DNA from: Deltaproteobacteria bacterium
GTDB lineage: Bacteria; UBA10199; JACPAL01; JACOUP01
Assembly (NCBI GenBank): GCA_016177765.1
Contig: JACOUP010000003.1
Span: 95,384 to 159,383, forward strand
Length of the DNA: 64,000 bases
Reading direction: 5' to 3'
Under the pieces are notes generated by a model, which ran no database searches, had not been told where the DNA came from, and saw only the letters and a list, made by a program, of their open reading frames with translations. Below, in pieces: positions 45,401 to 53,700 of the stretch (positions within the stretch are counted from its first letter, which is position 1; each line of letters opens with the position of its first letter). The position numbers and the translations under genes were made by a program.

Positions 45401-46415
45401 TCTTGATGGGACTGTGGGTCCGATGGTGAATGCGACGGCCCTTATTGTCCACCGTGACTTCTTGCGGCGACTCCGCCGGGAGCAAAAGGAGACCGCCGGG
45501 CAGTTCAATCCTCTTTTGGACGAAGCGGTTTTTTATACCGTGGGGATGATTGATCAGAATGTCACCCCGCCGTTCCTAAAAAAGGATCTGACCCCCCAAG
45601 AGCGCCGCGCTTATGTTTATTTAAACCGTCGCTATCTGGAGTACCTCGATGCCAGAATGGCCGAGGGGCCTGCCGACCCATTTGACCGATTTTTCCCGAT
45701 TGCCCTTCGCGGCAAAATCAGACGTCTGGTGGATGACCTTTCGATCCTCACAGCGATCGATCAGGAGCCTCTCCCTGAGGGAGTCCTCCACCTGCCCGAT
45801 TACGGGGAAAGCCTAAAACTCTTGGTCTCTCTCTTGCCGCGGCATATCGAGGCGGTTGCTCAACATAGAGAATCCCCGTGGGCCTTGGCGATTGCCCAGG
45901 ATGCCGGCCTTGGCCGGGATGTCTCCTCCTACCTGATTGTGCAAAGGGATCACTTGGCCCGTGCCCGGCGCCGGCTGGCCGCTCTGAACAGGCCTCCTTC
46001 CGGTGGGGGAAAGGGGGGCGGTAGTCTACCGGGAGGCAATCCGGCGGGGGGGATCGTTCCGCCAGTGGATCCCGCTATTGTGCGAGGGATAGCTGAAGCG
46101 ATGGGGCCGGAGTATTTAACAAGGGTTACCTCTTATCCCTCTCCCAATTGGGGAGAGGGTGCCCGAAGGGCGGGTGAGGGGGAGCAACATTTCCCCGGAG
46201 AGGATTCTTTCTCCGTCGCCGTTAGGTATCTTGCCGGAACCCTTCGAGATGACCCGGCGGCCGTGATGGCACTCGACCGAGCAGTCTTGATGATGAGAGA
46301 AACACCAACACCCCTCAGACCGGAAGGAATGGTTCGTTTTGAAGAGAGAAAAGCGGTGGAGGCTGGCCGTGCCAGGGGTGGAGAATTGCTCTGGCGCAGT
46401 AACGCCGCGCGTTAG
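42429..46415 (+). CDS. Giant cytoplasmic P-loop NTPase (STAND/Orc-like ATPase core flanked by about 600-aa unknown regions)
   Basis: About 4-kb uninterrupted ORF. Start tentatively ATG 42429 (downstream of the hairpin, no clear SD). Walker A VAGWRGTGKS (44268-44291), Walker B ILILDEAA (44427-44444), then LDLKPFNRRQAHEFL (hxLxPhxxxEaxxhh motif). No signal peptide. Confidence 0.7.
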   Translation: MPGGVTISRESLLGRLYSELSVPGDPSLIALVDTLVRLTGSDQFVQHHPSDRFEITMPDHSHRLLRYEELLQGLVERYYGHSHPPEYRERLYKTLLSATSLAESAIAGGGEILYCEEPPSWEPFVFPREAVTIVLVPSPSSEEGSRRAAGSPFSIWGHLPRREELHGEAVLVAVHQQGPSTVELVVKTIAPITHRFVDDPSTELRLPVYADSIRLTRRGGDFILQGFSYPRREEIEIPLSGDWVGDDSLIRNLGRIPPGSDRFQRLLYLSAAANALFLEGTADAPSFEFAPGELFLSSRFRGKVVSLFPLLSRSEPSLLGMIEIGATGLHTFSVAVPGRLRLVPSRSGDLPGGGSPKGDSGVVGESWEIDYEAITPWEGVTFTRSLQLHPSHPVVARWMSRVTGGSWGAASYPISEEQLKELVEAQRLSAEEIEVQRQARDWVDSNLADKIRETGSLHRAVLAIIYVDLEEGKKGPGGTGGGAGGGTDPEASPPPPWMLSGLRDSRPGAFLVEGDSPLGAPPKDGFVGGVTTSPGESGSSGGPLLPLVGRLITPGEEFTVPSGLVYRFSPVDQGALWLLPPDPDGVGLEGYRRDEIAEILSLLEGEEPVVAVAGWRGTGKSRIARETLPAALRGKGKKVATLKLSDEGVEGGELEQVSALMAGNPDILILDEAAIRPEEKVWHRLIPLAFLLHRYLEGGGRIVLFGGGDFLTPEEQAVWMRWTGWTPPLVRLDLKPFNRRQAHEFLIPPDSRLSPADQQAYVRLASQWVPPYPGLLRYVRLGPDIDHLEDLHLSLLFRFHPLDPWEREGVQVLAWPHGSPSFSDLSVTPVGYRRDDSEHRVRLLFLMTGRLLELLREETRRYPSDDGIGLTLAVAATEYNILGQMLAGAPDKGGSPNLGFEPMSAPEARLELRGYLSPLRGTRASETVVLVLGTEIRLLQKIFRETEECSEAEQIVQERIGILRQRLQETLASIQKIDQTAEVPASQEVADLDGTVGPMVNATALIVHRDFLRRLRREQKETAGQFNPLLDEAVFYTVGMIDQNVTPPFLKKDLTPQERRAYVYLNRRYLEYLDARMAEGPADPFDRFFPIALRGKIRRLVDDLSILTAIDQEPLPEGVLHLPDYGESLKLLVSLLPRHIEAVAQHRESPWALAIAQDAGLGRDVSSYLIVQRDHLARARRRLAALNRPPSGGGKGGGSLPGGNPAGGIVPPVDPAIVRGIAEAMGPEYLTRVTSYPSPNWGEGARRAGEGEQHFPGEDSFSVAVRYLAGTLRDDPAAVMALDRAVLMMRETPTPLRPEGMVRFEERKAVEAGRARGGELLWRSNAAR
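43470..43512. repeat. GGGTG(A/G)TTCACCCAA motif cluster (degenerate copy + full copy + half copy)
   Basis: GGTGATTTACC (43470-80), GGGTGGTTCACCCAAGG (43484-43500), GTGATTCAGGGG (43501-12). Encodes GDLPGGGSPKGDSGV. Confidence 0.7.
43967..43998. repeat. GGGTGATTCACCC-TTGGGTG-CCCCACCCAAGG motif copy
   Basis: Contains the nested palindromes GGTGATTCACC and CACCCTTGGGTG. Encodes GDSPLGAPPKD. Confidence 0.7.
45102..45124. repeat. AAGGGTGGTTCACCCAACCTTGG motif copy
   Basis: Encodes KGGSPNLG, in the same frame as the other giant-ORF copies. Confidence 0.7.
46137..46180. repeat. CCCTCTCC / GGAGAGGG / GGGTGAGG palindromic element, copy 3, in frame inside the giant NTPase gene
   Basis: CCCTCTCCC-aattg-GGGAGAGGG, TG, GCCC-gaa-GGGC, GGGTGAGG. 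Same layout as 17514-17558. Encodes YPSPNWGEGARRAGEG. Confidence 0.8.
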
Positions 46416-46488
46416 AGGGTGACAAGAAAATTGAAAAAAGGCTTGCGGGAAGCCCTCCCTTTCTATACGCCTTGTCAGCAAGAGGCGT

Positions 46489-49400
46489 ATGATGAGAAGG
46501 CAGAGGCTTCTTTCAATTGTCGGGCTTTTCTTCAGTATCCCTTTATTTTTCTCCTGTGCCTTTGATCAAGGGGATCCCTTTCAATTTGGGGCCGGTGGCG
46601 CCGCCAGTCCTGGGGGGGACGAGAGGAACATTAATAATGCCTGTCAGTCGGATGCCGATTGTGCCGGGGCCGTTTGTGATTTGATCTCCGGTCTCTGTTC
46701 TGTCTCTCTTCCCCCGGTAACACCAAAGTTTGGTTGTGGGGCGGATGCCGATTGCCCGGGGGGGCAGGTCTGTGACCTGGGAACTTTCCAGTGCCGCGCT
46801 CCAAAGACCACCTGTCCGGGGGTCTCCTGCCGGGAGGATCAATCGCTGGATACTGCGACCTGTCGTTGCATCAACACCTGCCCTGTTGATTTTAATGCAA
46901 CGCTTGTCCTCAAGGGGGATTCTCCGGTGGAGGACAAATACGACATCCCGGCAGACTGTCGGCTTTACGGGCTCGACCTGAATGAGCCTTTCGACGGGCC
47001 TTACCCTCCCACCCCCCAGGAACACCGGGATCTCTATTGTTGCAACAATCCTGATCCTGACCTGAGCATGAGTTACCCTTATGGTTCCCGGGATTGCGAC
47101 GAAACACCGAGCCCGGCGAAGAAGATCAATACGATCCGCTATTTTCCGGACAAGCCGATGAAACTGAAGTTTGATCTTTCGGATCCGGCCCGTTGCCGCG
47201 TTTTTCTGGAGGCGAGGGATTTTCCGACCTATAGGATCGCTAACACCGCCATGGATGCCGCTTTAAAGATTGATGCCGGACAGGGGGAGGGGGATTTTGA
47301 GGGGCTGACAGCCCAAGGGAGTTGTCGTGAGGAAGGGGGAGTTATTCATATTGAGGAGTTCGAGGGACTCCACTTCCGGATCCGTTTCTATGATCGCCTC
47401 ACGGATACCAGTTTTCCGATACTTGATCCCGAAGCGCCGTTTACCGGGGGGACAATTTTCCCCCCCCAGGTGGTTCCCCCTTTTGAGGACGACCCGGGAA
47501 CCCCCATTCAGGATCAGGAGGGGCTCAGCCTGACGACCGGATCGGTGACGGTCCCGCCGGGGACGCCTCCTCCGGTGAGATTCAGCGATGTCGGGCCCAA
47601 GACGACAACCGGTTCTCCTCTTCAAAATGGTCATCTGAAACTGGTTACCGGTGTCCCGCTTTCCAATGAGGCCAGTCCCCCTTTGGGTGGGAAGCTCTCT
47701 GTCGCCCTTGCCGGGGCGGCCCTCGCGGCGGATATTGAGGGAGAGGTTACTCATCCGGCGACCGATGAACCGGTAATGACTCTGGAGGGGATCAAAAATA
47801 ATTGTGAGGTTCTTCCCTCCGGCCCCGATCTCGCCATTTTTGCAAAACATAGTTGGTCTGCGGGGGAGACGACAACGGCCGGGGAAGAGGGGATTTCTCT
47901 CGCCGGAAACCCCAGTCAAGGTTTTTCAGGAACGGTGACCTTCCGACAGAGTCCGTTTATCAGGCGGACTAACGAAGAGGCAGTGAATCAGGCCTATGCC
48001 AATTCTGAGGTGCGTCGCCGCTTTGAATCCGAGGAAACCATCCTCATCACCAACGAGGCGGATCATACGCCGCTGGCGCTGGACCCGACAATAACGCCGG
48101 CAGATGGCGCCTTTCAACTGGCGGGTGAGGGGACAACGCCGTCACTGGAGGTGGGGGGACTCCTGCCACTGGTCCTCTCCTTCCGGCCGGTTGAGGGGGC
48201 GCCGGGATGCACGACAGAGGGGGTCTGTCAGGCGACCCTCACGCTGGCGGCCAATCGGTTGACACTTGTCCTGCGGGCCACCGCGAGCGTCCGGAGCGGA
48301 CGACTCTCCATCTCGGAGGTCCAGAAAGGGGCGTCTTATAACGATGACAGTTACGGGTCCAATCTCGGCAGAGTCCTGTCGGCACCGGCCCCCGTCAATG
48401 AAAACAGTTATTTTGGCCTCTATCCGGACGAGACGACCCTGCAGGGGACCTGCCGGAGCAAGGTCTACCGTGTTTCCAATACAGGGGTCCTCAATATCGG
48501 GTCGGTCGGTCTGCCGATAATGGAGGCGACCGGGTATTTTACGAGGGGACAGATCCGTCAGGGAGAGGTTTTTAGGACGGCACCCCCCATTTCAGGGGGC
48601 AGTTTACCGGCCCGGTCAATCACCCCTGACGGAAAAACCGATATTTTCTTTTACCTCCGGTTCTGCCCGACGACCCTTCCCAACCTGAATCCGATCAACT
48701 CCCAGTATGGGGTCAGTTCCAACGCCGGTTCATTTTCATTCAATGTTGAGGGGAAGCCGGAGAAAAAGGCGGATGCGATCCCGCAGATTTATATCAGTGA
48801 CTTCGAGGCCTATTCCGGGGCCGATTGTACCGATAGCCGGAGCGGAATCCCAAAAACAGCCGACCTTGTGGCCCCTGATGGAAAATGCCTCTATGCGGTT
48901 CGTGAGGTGATCGATCCGGTCACTTCTAAAATCAGTGGAGAATTCAGCCTTCGTTCCAACAGGGTGACAAGGGATGTTTATGTTGTGAACAGGAAGGCCA
49001 AGAATGGCGCCGACCGGCTTCGTGTGAATCAGATTATCTTTGGTGGCGCGCACGACCAGTTTTCTTTCACTCCCGGAACGGCCCTCCCCTTTGATGTCAG
49101 TCACTGTCCCGATGCTGGCAATGGGGGGACTCGTTGTCCCATTGGGGCCTCTTGTGATGAGACGCCGACAACAGGGTGGTGCCGCAAGATCGGGACGATC
49201 ACCTTTGGGTCCGATCCGGCCGGTCCCTTTGGGATTGTCAGCCATGATTTCAAATTGGTCACAAAGACGGTCCGGGCCTCGGGAGAGGCCGATCTCCCGG
49301 AGACTGAAATGGCCTTTAAAGGGGCGAATGGGGCACCGAGCGGTTTCAAGACATTCCATGTCGGTCGCCTTTTTGCCGGTTTTCCCAACAAACTGGCGGG

Positions 49401-50604
49401 CGCCGTCGGGATCGCCTCCAGCGTCACCCAGGCACAGGTTATCGGGGCACAACGCTCGGATATCCCGGGTGCTTCCCTCGAAGAGGATGTTGACCGTTTT
49501 TCAATCCTGGTGGAATTGAGGCCGGAGGCCGGGGTCATTTTGATTCCCGGTGTTTATACCCCGGTGACTGAGAGTTTCACCCCTCCCAATTACACCCGCC
49601 GGAGTTCCGAAGGGATCAGTCTCTTCAATGCGCCGGGTTCCAGCGCTGACCGCCCCAATGAATATCTTTATTCTTTTCAATGTCGTTCTGCCACCTGTCG
49701 TTATTTCTCCGCCTTTCTTGCCGATCGCGGCCTTGTCCTGAAGGGCTCGGATTCTTGTCGTCGTTCCTTTTATGGTCAGAATACGACCCCCGGAGAGGCC
49801 TGTTATAATGACGGGTCCCGCGGTTTTTATGGCCTGTATGCCGGTGATCTGAGTCCGGTGGCTGGTTTGAACCCCAAGGTCGAATCGATGGCCAACCAGT
49901 TGAGGAGTTCCCTGTCCCAGGACGATGCCAGGATAGCGGGGTTCTTTGACCCTGTAACAGGCGAACTGCTCTTCAGCAACAACATCGTTGTCCGGCTCTT
50001 CAGTCCGGAAGTCCCTCTCCTGGATGCCACGGATGCGGACGTGACGATTGAGCTCTCTCTCACCACTGGATGCGTCGATACGGAGCTTGTCCCCCTTTAT
50101 ACCGGTATCCCGGGCTCTTATTTCCCCTTGGCTGTGGGACAGGTGCCAGGCCGTTATGATGCCGGGGAGTCAAGCATCCTGAATCCACGGATCAACTCTC
50201 TGATCGTGAATGCCAGTGAGGGCAGCCCTGGGCTCAGTTATTATGGCCCGAACCCGCTCCCCTATTATGTGGCCGGCGCCGCAGGAGAGACGACCGCGAA
50301 TCCCTCTTCCTGCCGGCCGGGGATCCTTCACGGGAGGCGGATGTGGGGGGGATCCGGCCATGAGGAGAACCTGGATCATACCGGGACACTGGATAAGGAC
50401 CGGTCCAATCCCGATTCGGAGACCAACCGTTTCCGGAACCCTAATTTTGATCTTGCCGGGGTAGGGGTCATGAGGTCGAATCAGGCGACGGTACACAATC
50501 GTCCCATTTACCTTGTCATCAAGGGGTGTCTTGGCGAGAGCGAGACCGGACCCGATGGGACGCCCAGGCCGGTTTCTCCCGGTGCTGACCCCGATTGTCA
50601 GTAG
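46489..50604 (+). CDS. Giant secreted Cys-rich protein / putative lipoprotein (1371 aa)
   Basis: MMRRQRLLSIVGLFFSIPLFFSC is a signal peptide with a non-canonical lipobox. Two CxxDxDCxGxxCDxxxGxC modules plus further Cys pairs. No catalytic motif recognised. Confidence 0.75.
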   Translation: MMRRQRLLSIVGLFFSIPLFFSCAFDQGDPFQFGAGGAASPGGDERNINNACQSDADCAGAVCDLISGLCSVSLPPVTPKFGCGADADCPGGQVCDLGTFQCRAPKTTCPGVSCREDQSLDTATCRCINTCPVDFNATLVLKGDSPVEDKYDIPADCRLYGLDLNEPFDGPYPPTPQEHRDLYCCNNPDPDLSMSYPYGSRDCDETPSPAKKINTIRYFPDKPMKLKFDLSDPARCRVFLEARDFPTYRIANTAMDAALKIDAGQGEGDFEGLTAQGSCREEGGVIHIEEFEGLHFRIRFYDRLTDTSFPILDPEAPFTGGTIFPPQVVPPFEDDPGTPIQDQEGLSLTTGSVTVPPGTPPPVRFSDVGPKTTTGSPLQNGHLKLVTGVPLSNEASPPLGGKLSVALAGAALAADIEGEVTHPATDEPVMTLEGIKNNCEVLPSGPDLAIFAKHSWSAGETTTAGEEGISLAGNPSQGFSGTVTFRQSPFIRRTNEEAVNQAYANSEVRRRFESEETILITNEADHTPLALDPTITPADGAFQLAGEGTTPSLEVGGLLPLVLSFRPVEGAPGCTTEGVCQATLTLAANRLTLVLRATASVRSGRLSISEVQKGASYNDDSYGSNLGRVLSAPAPVNENSYFGLYPDETTLQGTCRSKVYRVSNTGVLNIGSVGLPIMEATGYFTRGQIRQGEVFRTAPPISGGSLPARSITPDGKTDIFFYLRFCPTTLPNLNPINSQYGVSSNAGSFSFNVEGKPEKKADAIPQIYISDFEAYSGADCTDSRSGIPKTADLVAPDGKCLYAVREVIDPVTSKISGEFSLRSNRVTRDVYVVNRKAKNGADRLRVNQIIFGGAHDQFSFTPGTALPFDVSHCPDAGNGGTRCPIGASCDETPTTGWCRKIGTITFGSDPAGPFGIVSHDFKLVTKTVRASGEADLPETEMAFKGANGAPSGFKTFHVGRLFAGFPNKLAGAVGIASSVTQAQVIGAQRSDIPGASLEEDVDRFSILVELRPEAGVILIPGVYTPVTESFTPPNYTRRSSEGISLFNAPGSSADRPNEYLYSFQCRSATCRYFSAFLADRGLVLKGSDSCRRSFYGQNTTPGEACYNDGSRGFYGLYAGDLSPVAGLNPKVESMANQLRSSLSQDDARIAGFFDPVTGELLFSNNIVVRLFSPEVPLLDATDADVTIELSLTTGCVDTELVPLYTGIPGSYFPLAVGQVPGRYDAGESSILNPRINSLIVNASEGSPGLSYYGPNPLPYYVAGAAGETTANPSSCRPGILHGRRMWGGSGHEENLDHTGTLDKDRSNPDSETNRFRNPNFDLAGVGVMRSNQATVHNRPIYLVIKGCLGESETGPDGTPRPVSPGADPDCQ

Positions 50605-50686
50605 GGTTTAACACAGCGCCATAAGAGTCATCGACAAATTTCATAAATATCTATATAAATCAGTAGGATGGTAACAGATTTTTTTT

Positions 50687-50716
50687 TAGAATATTCTTGC
50701 ACCTCCCCCTAGAACA
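50687..50716 (+). promoter_or_regulatory. Possible sigma-70 promoter TTGCAC-N18-TACAAT in the AT-rich 162-bp spacer
   Basis: -35 at 50687-50692, -10 at 50711-50716, 51 nt upstream of ATG 50767. Pattern match only. Confidence 0.35.
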
Positions 50717-50766
50717 GAGTTACAATAAACCCATATTATTTATCTAAATGAAAGTAATGGGGGTAT

Positions 50767-53700
50767 ATGAATTCCATATCTCTTAGACGGCGGGTTACCG
50801 GTTGGCGAGGGGTCATTGCGCTCGGTCTCCTGGTCTCTCTCCCCTTCCTGGGTTGGTTTCTGTTTCACTCATCGCTTGCTGTCAGACAGGCCAATGCGGC
50901 GCTTCAGTCAGTTCCCTTTTATTTTATTGAAAATCAGGGGGAGGTTACTCCCACCATCCGCTATTTTGCCAGGGGAAGGGATTTTCAGATCGGTTTCGCC
51001 GACTCCGGCATCCAGTTGGCGCTCCCAGATCAGCGTCTTGCCCTCTCTCCTGTCCAGCCGGAAAAAGGGCTGAAGATCAGAGGGACAGAAAAACAAAAAG
51101 CGACTGTCAACTTCTTCAGGGGAAACGATCCGGCAAAATGGAGGAGGGATCTTCCGACCTATGCCGGGGTCGTCTATGAAAACCTCTGGTCCGGGATCGA
51201 CTGGCATGTTGCCGGGAAGGGAAAAACACTGAAGTACGAATTTGTCGTGAAACCGGGAGCGGATCCCCGCCAGATCAAACTGGCCTACCAGGGGGTTGAG
51301 AGGCTTGTCCTCTCCGATGCCGGCGAGTTGGTTGTGAAACTCCGCTCGGGAGAACTCCGGGACGCCAAGCCGACCGTTTATCAGGAAAAGGGAGGGGAGA
51401 AAATCCCGGTCGAGGCCCGGTTTGCATTGATCAATGCCCGGATCTATGGTTTTGCCCTGGGTCCCTATGATCCCCAGTTGCCCCTGATCATCGATCCCTC
51501 GCTCTATTTTGCAACCTATCTGGGAGGTGACAGCTGGGACTTTCCCGATGATATGGTCATTGACGGGAGCGGCAACATCTATGTGACCGGTTATACCACC
51601 TCCACCGATTTTGCGACCGTCGGGGCCTATGACACCAGCCAGAATGGAAGTGACGATATCTTTGTCGCCAAATTGGCGTCGAACGGCCAGAGCCTCACTT
51701 GGTGCACCTACATTGGGGGGTCCTCCGGTGATGGCGGCAAGGCGATCGCCGTGGATTCCTCCGGCCGTGCCTACGTTGCCGGTTACAGCTATTCAACCGA
51801 CTTCCCGACCGCTTCCGCCTATCAAGGCTCAAAAGGGGGGAGCGGGACGACCACAAGGGATGCGGTTGTGTTCAAGCTGAATGCCAGCGGGAGCAGTCTC
51901 CTTTATTCAACCTATCTGGGGGGAACCACTACCGCCCACGATAGCGCCCATGGCATTGCGGTGGACAATAATGGAATCGCCTGGGTGGCGGGGAAGGCTG
52001 CATCCACCGATTTTCCAACAACGGCAGGCGTCTATGATACGAGTTGGAATGGGGGGACAGACTTCTTTGTGGCCAAGCTGGACACCGCACAAAGCGGAAG
52101 TTCAAGTCTTTCCTGGTCAACCTATGTGGGGGGGACCAATCCCGACGAGATGGACTGGTTGAAGGGGGGGATGGCGGTTGACGGGAGCGGCAACGTCTAC
52201 GTAACGGGGGAAGCGAAGGCAGGATTTCCAACGACCGTCGGTGCTTATGATACAAGCTACAATGACACGGGATCGAGCTGGGATGTCGTTGTCTTTAAAC
52301 TGAACTCCAGCGGGACCAGTCTTGTCTATTCGACCTATCTCGGGGGGACGGCCATTGATGTCCCCTTTGGCCTCACCCTTGATTCAAGCAATCAGGCCTG
52401 GGTCACCGGGTACACCAGCTCCTCCGGTTTCCCGACGACGGTCGGGGCCTATGATCGAACCCGCAAGGCTTCAGCCTACTCTGCGTTTGTTGCCGCCTTG
52501 AATGCCGATGGAACCGGTCTCGTCTTCGGAACCTTCCTGGAAGGGGCCTCCGGTTATTATGATTATGGGTATGATATCGCCATCGATTCAACCGGCAGGA
52601 TCCATGTCGCCGGGTCGACCGCTCCGGCAACCGGATCCTCCGCCTTCCCGACAACGGCGGACGCCTACGATCGGACAACCAATGGGAGCGACGACTGGTT
52701 TTATACGCGATTCAATGCCGCCGGTTCGTCCCTCGTCTATTCCAGTGTCTTTGGAACATCGGGTCAGGATACCTGCAAGGCGATGGCGATTGATGCCACG
52801 GGAGACATTGTCTATCTGGCCGGCTCGATGGCCTCCGGTTTTACCACCCAGAGTGCCTACCGCTCCAGCGGGACCTCCTATGAAGGGCTTGTTATCAAGA
52901 TAGGGCCGAACACCGCCCCTGTTGCCAACGCCGGTTCCGACCAGAGTAATATCCCGGAAGGGGCGACCGTCACACTGAACGGGTCGGGCAGTTCCGATGC
53001 TGATGGGGACTCTCTGACCTACAGCTGGTCCTGCACCGTCAACTGCACCGGTGTTTCTCTTTCGAGTAGCACCGCCGTCAGCCCGACATTTACCGCCCCC
53101 GATGTCTCCCTCAACACCGCGATTACCTTGTCACTGACCGTCAATGACGGGATCGCCAACTCCTCCGCCGATACGGTGAACATTAATGTGAATGCCAGGC
53201 CGCTGGCCAATAACCAGACGGTGACCACCAATGAAGACACCGCCGTTTCCATTACCCTCAGCGCCTCCGACCCTAACAGCGAAACGCTGACTTATGCCGT
53301 GGTCACCTGGCCGACCCAAGGTTCTTTAAGCACCCCCTTCACAGGGAGTCCGGCCCGGATTACCACCTATACGCCGAATGCCAACTACAACGGGGCGGAC
53401 AGTTTTACCTTTTGGGTGAGCGATGGTCTTCAGGAGAGCAATGTCGCCACTGTTTCTATCAGTATTGGTGCTGGCAACGACCCGCCAACGGCGAATGCCG
53501 GATCAGACCAGTTAAACGTCAGCCCGGGGACGACGGTGACCCTGAATGGGACCGGGAGTTCCGATCCGGACGGGGACAGCCTGACCTACTCCTGGACCCA
53601 GACCTCCGGCCCAACCGCCACCCTCTCCAGCACCACGGCGGCCCAGCCGACCTTTACGGCCCGGAGGGCGGGAACATTGGTCTTCAGTCTCATTGTCAAC

